Both the position numbers and the translations under genes were made by a program. A stretch of 64,000 nucleotides of DNA from Cladosporium halotolerans. Its lineage: Eukaryota. Each line of letters opens with the position of its first letter. Positions within the stretch are counted from its first letter, which is position 1. The stretch is taken from assembly GCF_011745625.1 (NCBI RefSeq), contig NW_027191457.1, forward strand, positions 992,001-1,056,000. Reading direction: 5' to 3'. Of this stretch, positions 26,001 through 36,817 are shown in pieces. The notes under the pieces are model-generated. The model saw nothing but the letters and a program-made list of their open reading frames with translations, was not told where the DNA came from and did not search any database.

Positions 26001-26182
26001 GCGAGCTTCTCGTCCAAAGGACTGTTGGCGGACGAGAGTGAAGAAGTGGCGCGGTCGAGTATCTCCAGCTTGGAAGTGAGTTCCGCAATGCTGCCTCTTG
26101 ATCCGTTCAAAGCCACCACACTCTGACTCAGGCCCACGCATAAAGGCTTCAACTTTTGGAAAGTCTGTTGCTTGTCGTCCAT
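23018..26182 (-). CDS. TTI1: TEL2-interacting protein 1 (TTT complex HEAT-repeat subunit), ~1054 aa
   Basis: Intronless HEAT-like ORF with characteristic segments FQKLKPLCV, LADYIFFPL, FLPGIMSKL, LIDALYP, LIVENVDYL, LPLINTLWP, GDFMRSR. The ATG at 26182 has better context than the one at 26200. Confidence 0.9.
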   Translation of the reverse strand: MDDKQQTFQKLKPLCVGLSQSVVALNGSRGSIAELTSKLEILDRATSSLSSANSPLDEKLADYIFFPLSQVLKLSQKVSLRCLELTLSILAVLIAQGWRKRLQPQLANQILILCTLLASDKPSGLASKETTVELRTHALRCLKATFEALGASEAGRELWQSGSIMPQLGQTISTALDALVEGLDLAIQLAAASTLKAIVTSTDKKDILAGFLPGIMSKLTKVLTPQTAQRRNHEVITTCLDVLTHLLLATVSDGAAADHVKSSTSHGTGAARVIDSKWLEDASIQLRPALASVLRLRNHERDDVRLAIAKLCLLILGRCQKTLSNCASMALEALIALSDGQSSAEISAEVEGLIHADPTLAVSLQELLHEWLQSLPRIMQSADEQAKSQRIQRIRTAYEVLQNCGYGTTVLDRRIGLALRDSVVIALEGSKRSQEPTISIQPTQSLDIEVLSNIEGNVSFGSALVQHRGHEEILKDIEAFMAAMAGSASSNALTGDILRDLSGAQDNTMLANFWLLYVAAKSASKKTNSVDDFLNFSTDPALTKQDLVEELYALSLDVLNQPSDQMSSNRLKSLALRSLALRAECAGEEFQVELIDALYPVLHTLATPDAQLQRDSIITLNIMTKACAYKSTQDLIVENVDYLTNAVALKFNSFDVSPQAPQVLLMMVQLAGPSLLPYLEDTVESIFAALEDFHGYPLLVELLFKVLAIMAEEGVKAPQLAITDVRSDHSKQQLAKVWLSESMADLVHRIKTRSEEDVEDVEGVTSGDRKSESFPGRPWSLEQEDGSGDDDKDASPAEAQEEADEEKPPPAPKTYNLLLKITTLTQHYLSSASPSLRVSLLGLIRTVVPAIAQHENSFLPLINTLWPEVTARLGDSEPNVQAAALNIISVFCRHAGDFMRSRMVQLWPLLQEIHHRISKEIVSSMHPAKPQSERRQLETKGKGGPAVSRASPSLNLALMRMKAVPTDYSNTLTRMLWAAVVDTVTVTVQHVPLSPEMFDSALDLLEPCLNDEAVQTALEAQNADAVWLMKMKIGKLGKIEMPASRDRWRWAVAG

Positions 26183-26578
26183 TGTGGTTATGAAAGGCAT
26201 CGACGCGTTGCCGCTGGCGCGCTGATATGAGCAATCTTTTTATCGTCCAGCGTCCAAGACGCGGCTCCGCTCTAGACCAGCATTACGAAGCAGCGATCAA
26301 GATCATGGCACGTCCGGAGATCATTCGCGATGTAGCTCCTGGTTCGTGCGCTCAAGATATCCAAAGGCGACGAATAAAGTATCTCGTAGACGCTGCTGTA
26401 AGCCGCAGATCGGATTTCTCTGCCTGAGGCGCCCATCTCATCGCGAACCCCGGAGGCCTCCGCACCACTACTCCATCATCACGTCCACGCCTGTGCTTTC
26501 ACATGCCGACGCAGCTCCCCATCGCTGCGCCCACGCCCATTCCTTTTACATGATAATCATCCGCACATAATACGCGCC

Positions 26579-27859
26579 ATGGCTCCTAACGGCGCCACGA
26601 GTCGCAAGAGTATGCCCACAGCTGTCCTCGATTGCGACGCGCAAGCGCAAGGCTGACCTGAACATGACAGCTCCCGCGCCTTCCCAGAAGTCACGCGACA
26701 GCAAACCGCTGGGGAATCTGTTTGAAGATTTGGAAGATTCCGCGCCGCCGAAGTTGAAGGCGGAGGTTTCAGAGAACTTGCCCGTGGTCAAGAAGCCGGG
26801 CAGTTGGGACTCGGAGAATGCAAATGGTACGCGGTGCTGTCGCCTTACACCCCTGCAGAGCTATGGGTCTGACAATATGCAATAGTTGAGAAGAAGAAGG
26901 ACAGGCCGTCGCTGGTCAAGCGGCCGCCCTCGGATATCACGAAAGCTTTCCCGACCGGCAGGCCGTTGATGGACACGCCTAAGATGCTGAAGTGCACCCA
27001 CTGCAAGCGGACTGTCATGGAGCACTCGATGCCTAAGCACATTGAGAGATGTCTGAACAAGAAGCAAGAGAAACAGCGCAAGAAGAAGGAAGCCAAAGAC
27101 GCTCGGGACGCGGCCGCGCGGAAAGAGAAGGGTCTGGGTGACAGCGACGAGGAAGAGGAAGGTGAAAGGAGTGCTATCAAGGGCGGAGCAAGCAAAAAGC
27201 GCAAAGCTGCGGACGAGGGTGAAGATGGCGCGCCTACGAAGAAGAAAAAGAAGAAGGACGAAGCAAAGGCGAAGGCATCCAAACCGAAAGCGCCTGTCGA
27301 CGTGGAGAGACAGTGTGGTGTCGAGCTACCCCAAGGCGGACAATGTGCACGCAGTTTGACGTGCAAGAGTCACAGTATGGGTGCGAAGAGAGCTGTTCCA
27401 GGGCGTAGTGCGCCTTACGACAAGCTTTTGATGGAGTATCAACGGAAGAACCAGGCTAAGCTGCAGAAGGCGGCCTTCGATGCGAATGCACCAGATCCTG
27501 AAGACGACGCTTTGCCCTCTGGACCGGTTGACGAGGAAGAGGAGAAAGAACAATTTATGGCTGGCATTGCAAGGGCATGGGGTGGAGCGCCTATCTACCG
27601 ACCGACATTTGTTCCTCAACGAAAGAAGTACGAGCACATCCGCATGAAGGGCATGATACAATCGGCTCTAGGAAGTCGCAGTGGGAATCTGTTCACTGTG
27701 GGAGGGACGACAACAAATGGAGCCGCCTACGGCCAGAACAGAGAACCTACCAGCGATGAGAATGGCGTTGTGCACTCGAGGAAGCCCAGTGTCGCACCAG
27801 GCGCGAGGAGCATGGTTCCCCCAGCAAGCCGGAAGCCCAGCATAGCATCTGGCGCTTAA
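26579..27859 (+). CDS. SGF73: SAGA deubiquitination-module subunit Sgf73/ataxin-7 homolog (~386 aa). Exons 26579-26609, 26671-26826, 26886-27859
   Basis: N-terminal Zn finger CTHC...HIERC and SCA7 domain PVDVERQCGV...CARSLTCKSHSMGAKRAVPGRS. Two canonical introns preserve the frame. Confidence 0.92.
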
Positions 27860-30800
27860 AGGGTTCTCATGTCTTCCGCGGATGTTGTAACCAATATATT
27901 GGTACGCGGGAAGTACCAAAGCTTCGGACGTCGTGCATGGATGAACGAGCAATTGCGAAGGGGCTTCCAAAGCTTCGTGTCAAGGCCGAGCATTTCCAGC
28001 AGCAGCTCAATCAATGACGCTGACTTGACGGACCAAGTCCTCAGTCACAAGGACGACGTGTCTCTATGTCTGCCTCGACAATTTCGACAAGACCTATTAT
28101 CGTAACTCCGATCGCCCGCGCGGCTTAATGATGACAATGATAAACTCGAGAGGGGATGGTTGGCATTGGAGGAGTTCAGGAGAACATGGTTTTATTCAAT
28201 GATACCCAGGAATATGGTCTATTGGGAGGGGCGGGTTGTACAGTATGGAAGCAGCAAGACTAGCATCCCGAAACCATCCGTCACGCTTTGCATGTGATCG
28301 CAAGAAAGCCCGTAGGGCCCATTGATACTTTCCTTAGCCTATGATTGAGCCCTCGCTTGGAGATTTGTGTGCCTGCGTGCGTAAAGGACCGTAGGATTCT
28401 GAGCAGGTTCCTGCAGGGAGCGATGAGGCTTTCCATCGAGCCACGGGTTGTAGCTTTCGCTAAGAGGATCGCGCAACCTACGTACATTACGTGAATGTAG
28501 GATTCCCTAGGGCGCATGCGCGCGTTATGTATCGGTAATGTTATCGTTCCGGCGACCTGCCCATAAACGGGCGCACGTTCCCTGACTTCGTCCCAACTGA
28601 AGAAACCAACCCTACCTACCCTAGGGCTCGCCCTTGGTCGACCGCTCGCCAGATCCTCGTTCGAACGATGATCTGCGAGCCGGACTGCTGCGAGCGGACG
28701 GTCGGTGTCGTTCTGCCCTACGTATCATCATGATCCACGACGTGAATCCACCAACGGCGGCGGGGCCAATCCATTCCTCAACACGACTCGGTCCCGCGGG
28801 CGTTGCGCGTGAAGACGCGGTGTGCGCTCTAGCGGGCGATCCGCATTGCGTCCGGGGAGATTTATTGCTATTGGCGTCCCGGCCAAATGCTGCTGTCTCT
28901 TTAGGGCGCGTGGAAGCTAGCGAAGGCCGGAGCAATGGGCGCCGCAGTAGCGCGGGATGCCTGAAGTCCTCGGTCGACTGCGCTCGCGTGGTTGACCGTG
29001 GCTGGACCCTCGCGACTTGTTTATTAGAGTTGCGTCTGTGAGACAGCTCGGTGTCGAAGGAGCAGGTGTTCCGTAGGATTGAGCCTAATGCTCGGAGACC
29101 AGGCTGGAAACGTGGCAGGGCCGCGTTCTAAAGCTCTTCCATTGTTTCTTTGACAACTCAAGGTTGATCGGCCGCGGTGGGCGGGACCCGGGCACGTCAG
29201 GGCAGCTTGGTCATGCGCACATGAGTAAGTACTAGTAGGTAGACAGGTGCGCCCGCCAGATCAATGACAGATCCCAGACATGTCGGCAATTGCACACCGT
29301 CCGCTCGCACAACGCCTCTGGCGCCTCGTCATCAGCCAAAGACGGAGTGCATGAGTCCTGCCCGCCCGTGGCGGCGTGGACGGCGTGTGGCTGCAGTAGT
29401 CGCAGCGGCAGTGCAAGCCGCGGCAAAGGTCTGGCGTTTCTCCGGATCTTCACGCCTGAAGAAGGCGGGCATCCTGCCTGACGACGCTACCGCGGCCCAA
29501 GGCCTGCCCGCGCAACCGCTCCTGAACGGCGACCGTGGACGTGTCAGATAAATCCAGATCGATTGATTGCCCACCAGATCGCGCATGCTTGTTTCGAACC
29601 CGGCTGGCCGCGCATGAGCGGATGAGTCGGCGTGATTTTCAACGCCTGGCGACTCGCTCCTACGGCTCTCACCTTTCGAACAGCGTCGAACAAACTCTCG
29701 ACCTCCCAACTCATGTGAGAGCGGGTCGGCACTTCTGTCGACTATCGAATATTCGGAGTCGCTGCCGTTTACAGCCTGGTCGGAGGCTCTGCTGCTGGAA
29801 CGACGCCGCGTGACTCGCAGAGAAGCCTCCAGCACATGGCCAACGTCGCTCCGACTCGGCTCTACGTACAAACATGTACCGCAAACGCAATCGCCTCCGA
29901 TCTAATCCACAGAGTTCACACTTCGACCCTGCGTCTGCGTAAGCGAATACCACTCTGTAACGTAGCCGCGAACTCTGCTGCAAGCCACTGGCGAAGTGGC
30001 AGACGCGCGAAGGAAGAGTGAGTTTTCAATAAGGCTGGCGGTGGGGGAGTCGTGCGAGTGGGCCCCACGCGCGACGCGGCAATTGTGAGTTTTGGGCTCG
30101 AAGGCGCCACGAAACTTCGAAAGCGAAGCCACCGAAAGTGTATTCTGATTGCCTCTGCCCGCGGCGGGACTGACGTCCATGTCGATGTCTAAGCGACCAC
30201 CACCAATCAATGATGCCCCTCGCCCGTATTTACCCAGGCCTTCGAGAACCTTACGTGGAATTCGTGCCTGACCGGCATTCGTCGGTTGGGGACGGATCGA
30301 AGGTTTTTGACACGTCGCACAATCGTTCTTCGCTTCGCGGCGCGATGTGCAGCATGCAGGTCGCCAACGCGGCAGCACAAGGTGCATCCATTGACGATTG
30401 ACCGACTTTCTGGCGGTCTGTGGATGCGGAAGGTTTACGCGCACGACGTTCGCTCGCGCGAAGAATGCCCTAAAGTGCATACAGACAGCGCAAGCGATCG
30501 GTGCGAGGCGCATGAGATGCTATACCGCTTGTGGGCATCTCAGAAAACATGTTGAAGAGGCCAGCACGTGCGCTGCTGCAGCCTGGCCGAGCGGGAAAAA
30601 AAAAAGTGGGAGCCGCGAGCGGCCTTAGGTTGCGTGATGCCGTGGAGCGTTGCGTTCGAACATTCCAAAAAACGTGCCGGGCATTGGCGGCAGACGCAGC
30701 GCAGGATCGCACTTGCACACGTGCGGCACGGCGGAAATAGAAAGGTGGACATTTTTCACACGCCAGACGGTTGGAAGATGTGACTGCGGCAGCGCAGGAG

Positions 30801-32476
30801 GGAGATGGATCCTTCACTACTGCCGCGTGCCTGACTCGACGCGAACCTTGTCGTCGCGTGGTCGCCGTGTGGCCTTGGGATGCCAGACCCGTTTTCTTGA
30901 ATCCCGCGACGATGGCGAGACAGCAAGGCGCGCAAGGCGAAGCAGGCCCCGCCATGTGCCATATTGCGAACACGAGGCGAGGCAGCTGGGGGGTTTGAAA
31001 CTACCGCCGCAAGTGCGATGGCGCACGTCTGAGGTTGACCCGGGCAGCGGGTTGTGCTGTATCATCGCTGCACCTAGCTGTCCTAGCAAAGGAGGTTGCT
31101 AGCGTGCCCTATCGTGTCTTATGGCATGATGACATCGATTTCCGATCGATGTGTAGCGTGTCAGAACTCGAAACGAGGATGCCGACATCTTGCTGGCTGG
31201 GCGCGCGCAAACGACCACTGGCTAAAACGAAGGCGACGAGGTGCGTACGGCTGTATGCTGCGCCGCAGCCGCGGTAAGCCTCCCTGGCGAATCCTTTCCA
31301 CCAGGAGCGGGATGCCTGCATAATTCGCCTAAGGGCTGTGCATCGGACCGGGCATCCCATGCAAGCAGCGCGGGCGGTTTGGATGGCAAGCCCAGGATGT
31401 CAGTGGCTTGCCCCTGGCGGGTGGGCATGTGGGCGGCCGGGTTTGCAAGGCCGGACATTCCCATTTCGCAGGCACAAAATTGCGTCAATGGTGTTTGGCG
31501 AGACGAAAGTTTCGTAATTGCTATTGGGTCCCCTGCGAAAGCAGACAGCCGGGGAGGTCGCGCCGGGCTGCGATGGGCCGCCCGCATCCCTGCTCTCATG
31601 TGTCTGCGGCAGGACGACAGAACCGGTGCACCACCAAGCCGACCTTCTGGGCTAGCTGCAACAGGGCAGTCCATGGCATCGAAGGCGGCGACAGGCAGAC
31701 GACGATCATAACAGCAGCGCGAGGCAAGATGCAGGCGGCCTCATAAGGCGTCGATGCTATATCGCTACGTTATATCAGGCAGGCAGAGACACACCCTTCG
31801 GCTGGGCTGCCGCACCGGAAGAGCGCCGAATGTACCGCGGGCAGCGGCGGGCAGACGCCGTGGGGACGGCCCAGGGCCGCGAGATGGTGACGATCGCAGA
31901 GGCCCCGGCGTATCACAGGTGCGGATGCGAACTCCGCGCGCGCGCGCTCTCGTGACGCGCGCGAGGAGCTGCGGACGCAATGCTATGCTGTAGTAGTGTA
32001 CGAGATGCAGCGCTGCACGCGGGCAGGCGTGGCACGGCATGGTGCCTGAGCAGGCCCCGGCGCGCTAACAAGTTGCTAAGTCGTGCATGTCGGGACGTCG
32101 TCAAAGGCAGAGCGTGCTGAGGTGCCGCGCGATGGCTAGCAGGGATGGCCGTCTGCGGGCGGCGACTCGAACACGGATCTAGCATGACCATGGCGCCCTC
32201 TAGCTGCCCGTCGGCGCACTGTGCGCGATGGCCCGCCCAGGCCTCCATGCCCGCAACGTCGCTCCAGGGTCGCCCACCGTGGCTCCCTATCTCCCCTCCA
32301 CGCGCCCGTCGCCCATGGCCTGACCTCGGGGCCTGCTGTCTTCGTGGCCCTGACGTCTCAACCCCCCCGGCGGCCAGAGGAGAGTTTGATCGGCCTGCCT
32401 ACTGGCCTTAGCACCCTAACACTGGGCCATCCGCCGCCACAATTTCACGAGACCCTCCTATAGCCCCGGCCCTCTA

Positions 32477-35400
32477 ATGTTGGCCGACGACATCCCTCCT
32501 CCCTTGCCAGTGGGGAGCCAGCAGCGCAGGACGCGCGCGACATCGAACCAGCGCCAGCTCGACAGACTCATCGCCGCCGGTTTCGTCGACGCCCGCGAGC
32601 AGAAGAAGTGCCGCAACGTCGAGTTCACCGCCAGCACGGACAACCTAGGTGAGCCCATCATCAGCTCACCGCTGGCTGCTCGCATTCTGTCTCAGACACA
32701 CAGGGCTGACGTTGTCTCGCCGCAATTAGCGATCAGGGAAGACCCTCTGGCGCTCCGCAAGCAGGACATCGACAACAGTTCCCTGCGCCCACATCAGCAC
32801 ACCTCCAGCCTTGACGATCGACAACCCTCTGGACCGGCGACTCAAGTCAGGCCTGCACCCGCACGACGGTTGAAAGCTCAGCGCAACAGTATGCTCGCCG
32901 CAAAAGGGCGCGAGTCGCGCCGCGAACGCACCTTCATCGGCGCGCAGTGTGCCGCATGCGAGGAACCTCTGGAGCACACTCTCCGCGGCGAGCGCATCCT
33001 CCAGCTCTCTTGCGGCCATGTTGCACACGAGGCCTGCTTCTACGAGTACATCAAAGAGTTCGAAGTGCAATCGTGTCCGACTTGTGACGCGCCTCTTGGA
33101 TTGGATTCTAGCAGAGGAGCGGGCATTGACTTCGAGAACCTCAACAAGCTTGTGCGCTCCGCGCAAGTTCCTGATCCCAGAGATGCTTCGCGAGAGACCC
33201 AGGCCACTCCCACGCCGCCGTCATGGCAGCATGAAGCTTCTCAGGTATCTCCGCAGTCGCAAACACCTCGTGCGAGGACACAGCACCGCAACACTAGGGA
33301 ACACCTCCTGCCCGAGCATGTACGCAACAACCCGCAGCGCCATGAACGTTACGATTCGACGAATGGCCACAGTAGGAATATGAGCGGTGATACTCAGGGC
33401 ATGATGTCGACCGCGATATCGACTGCCGACTACGCCGAGACGCATCACGCGCGACGACACGATTACGACGTACAGTCGATGGAGTCGCGTTTGAGCGGAA
33501 GCCGCGCTGCGAAGAACCCGATCCCCGCACCTACAGTGACCGTTCGCAGCGAGTTCCCGACCCTTTCCAAGTCGCGACAACAACAGAGCTTGACATGTCT
33601 TGTTACCGTGGAGGTCGTCGATGGCAAGTGGCAGCCTACGCCCGAAGACCTGCGCGCCGCTGTCCCCTCCCATCATCCTGGCCCAGAAGAGATGGTTGGC
33701 AAGACGAAGTCTTTCAGGTCAGCGGAGACACATCGCCCCATTGACAGCGTTCACGAGTCGTACGGATATCGGGAGAACATGGAGGCAACTAAGAACGACC
33801 TTTTCACGAGGGTGGATAACTGGCATGGACTGGACATCTCGCGATTCGGAAGGCTTCTCTTGCACGGACCTATGCGTGTTGGCAAGGACCGGCAGTCGTG
33901 GCAGGAGCTGGAATGCTTCTTGTTCGAGGAGATGCTCATCTGCGTCAAGGAGAAGAAGCTCTCGTCCGGTGCAAGCCAACAATGGGATGGTTCTGAGGTT
34001 CCCAGCAAGGCGAAACCGAAGTGCACTTTGAAGGGTTCGATCCTCATCAAGAAGCACCTGAAGGAGGTGGAATACGTTCAACGTGAGTTTGATTCACGTG
34101 CGTGAGATGTTGATCGATACTGACTGACCTTGGCAGAATTCGGGATCTTAACTCTCAGTCTTTCCGTCGCGGAGTTGCCTCAATTTCACCTGATGTTCTC
34201 CGACCGAAACCAGCTTGAGATTTGGCGTCGCGCGCTGACCGAGCTGGACCAGTTCGACGCCTTGGAGCCCCACACAGCAGAATACGGCCAGGATTCCTCC
34301 GGCACTGACGAAGACGACTACAAAGGCCGTCCATCGTCGAATCCCAAGCGTGCGTCATCAGCACACTCTTCGTATGGCGCGAACCGATCAGTTGCGACTG
34401 CACCAACGGAGTACACCAGCTCGCGCGTTGGTGGCCAGGACATGCGCCTGAGCGCATCTTCACTGCACGTCCCTGTGGATGTCGTTGTCGTGATCCCGGT
34501 ATCGTCTTCCATGCAAGGCCTCAAGATCAACCTCTTGCGAGACTCGCTTCGGTTTCTGGTATCGCATCTGGGCGAAAACGATCGTATGGGTCTGGTTACT
34601 TTCGGCTCGGCCGCTGGTGGTGTCCCTCTTGTGGGCATGACCTCGAAGAACTGGAAGGGCTGGTCGCAGGTCTTGAGCTCAATCAGACCCGTTGGCCAGA
34701 AGAGCATGCGTGCGGATGTTGTTGAGGGTGCCAATGTTGCGATGGATCTTCTCATGCAACGCCGGTCTTCGAACCCGCTGTCCAGCATCATGCTCATCAG
34801 CGACTCGCCCACATCGGACGCTGACAGCGTTGATTTCGTTGTTTCCCGCGCGGAAGCCGCGAAGATCTCCATTCACTCTTTCGGTCTCGGTCTTACGCAC
34901 AAGCCTGATACCATGGTCGAATTGTCAACTCGCACCAAAGCTTCGTACACTTACGTCAAGGACTGGATGATGCTGCGCGAGTGCGTGGCTGGCTGCTTGG
35001 GTTCTTTACAAACCACTTCTCATCAGAACGTCAAGGTCAAGCTTCGGATCCCCGAGGGCTCCCCAGCCAAGTTCGTCAAGATCAGTGGCGCTCTGCACAT
35101 CACCAAGCGCGCCACCGGCCGCGACGCGGAAGCATCTTTGGGTGACCTGCGATTTGGCGACAAGAGAGACATCCTCGTGCAGCTCGCTATCGCACCAGAC
35201 AACGCTACTCCCGACCATGTGCCTGCCGATCCTTGGGAGAGCATGATCTCTGGGCTTGAAGCACTTGGTGGTCCTCTCGACCAAGAAGAGATGCGCACTC
35301 TCTCCGTGGAAGAGCTCCCTCTGCTTCAGGCAGACCTCTCTTGGGGTGACATCCTGCGGGAGGGCCATCTCACACACGCACCACGACCGTCACTTCTGGC

Positions 35401-36040
35401 GATCACAATGCTTCCCCACGCACGCAAATCGACACGCCCGCCTTCCCCGCCCATTCCACCTCACCCACACATCGTCCAGAGGCGCATGGAGCTTCTGACC
35501 TCGGACATGCTTTCGCGCTCCTTGACACTCGTGTCACGGGGTCAAAACGAGCGTGCTCACCATTTGCTCGCAGAGACACGCAGTATTCTCAAAGGTCTCG
35601 GCAAGGGTGGCTTGCCACCCCTTCCTCCTCCGCCAAGCGGCGGTCTCCCGCCCACGCCCAAGACTACCGACGCGCGAAACTCTCCCACCGAGTCCAACTA
35701 CAACTCTTCCTCCAACGGCACACGCGCATCGTCTCCGCCGCGCCAGGAAACTCTCCACACTTTCACCCCCGCCGCCGGCATCGACACCAGAGCCATGTCA
35801 GCTCTTGACTTCGAGCTGGAGAGCAGCCTGGAATGGATCACGCACCCGGCTGTCTTCAGCCGCGACTCGCGCAAAGCCGTGCTCCAGACCATCGGCGTGA
35901 TCTCTTCCCAGCGCGGCCTCTCCTTCCGCACGCCTTCCGAGAGCCTCTGGGCCGCCCGCATCCCCGGCATCAAGAATCTCACCGAGCAGAGCCGCGAGTG
36001 GCGCGAAGTCGGCGACGAGAGCCTGGCCGAGGAGATGTAA
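32477..36040 (+). CDS. RING-H2 / PH / von Willebrand A domain protein with Far1/Ste5-like architecture (~1169 aa). Exons 32477-34082 and 34137-36040
   Basis: RING-H2 CAAC...CGHVAHEAC...CPTC. PH-like FGRLLLHG...LECFLFEEMLICVKEKK...LKGSILI. vWA DVVVVIPVSSSM...DRMGLVTF...IMLISD...IHSFGLG. Intron 34083-34136 (GTGAGT...CTGAC...CAG) joins the two ORFs in frame. Confidence 0.9.
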
Positions 36041-36817
36041 CCGCTCCCTTTTGTTTTTGATGACATGATGAACGAGTACGCTGGCGCACCGGTTCTCATT
36101 CTTCTGGATCTCTGACAGCACAGATCGCTGCCGGAGGCCTGCTCCTTATACCCTCTCCTAACCCTCCCTCCTGGATACTTCTGGATAGTCGACTGGCCAG
36201 GGCCATGGCCACGACCTGACGACCTCGACGGCAGCGCTTGTGCGCCAGTGCATTTCACTGTACAGCTTCCACATGCACAGCCGCCATCTCCGCCACCCCG
36301 GACCCTCGCCGCGGCGGTCTATCTACTAGACACGGCTCGAATATATACAAAAACACACGCGAAAAAGACATCCGCCGCGAGGCACGCAATAGCCAGGCCT
36401 GCGCCCCTGTTCTATCAGGCTTAGGACAACAACTAATCTTGCTGACGCTTGAAACGAGGGGATTTGGGGGTTTGTTAGCGATTCTTTTCTTTCCGGACTC
36501 TTGAGATTTTGTTTGCTTCAACGGTCCCCCGAGGGGGCCAAGTTCGATACCACAACTGCACTGCTTTGTTTCGGGTTTGAATACAGTATCGTCATAGCGC
36601 GCAGATTTTGCTATTTGTTGTATAGTGAAATTGGACGCTTAATGTACAGATTGTCATCTTGAATATCTCTCACTTGGGGCGATTTCTTCTGCTTGTGATT
36701 ATTGTACATCTGTGGCTTCTCTGAGCTGTTGCCTGGCTTTCATTAGTTGGAGCTGTATGTCTTTGAGCCATCACGATGATAACTCGATTGATGCTCGCAA
36801 CACTCTCGGCCCACACC

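Noticed and set aside
27860..32476. Telomerase RNA or Ste12 pheromone-response elements in the long intergenic region
   Set aside because: I found no TAACCCTAA-type template on either strand and no exact TGAAACA by eye. A covariance-model search would be needed to exclude an ncRNA formally.
36058..36115. Possible box C/D snoRNA (TGATGA...CTGA)
   Set aside because: Too short, immediately after a stop codon, and with no terminal stem or recognisable rRNA guide.
36521..36560. GTTCGA T-loop-like sequence next to a CCCCC-GA-GGGGG inverted repeat
   Set aside because: No cloverleaf, D-arm or acceptor stem; it lies in a 3' intergenic region and is not a tRNA.
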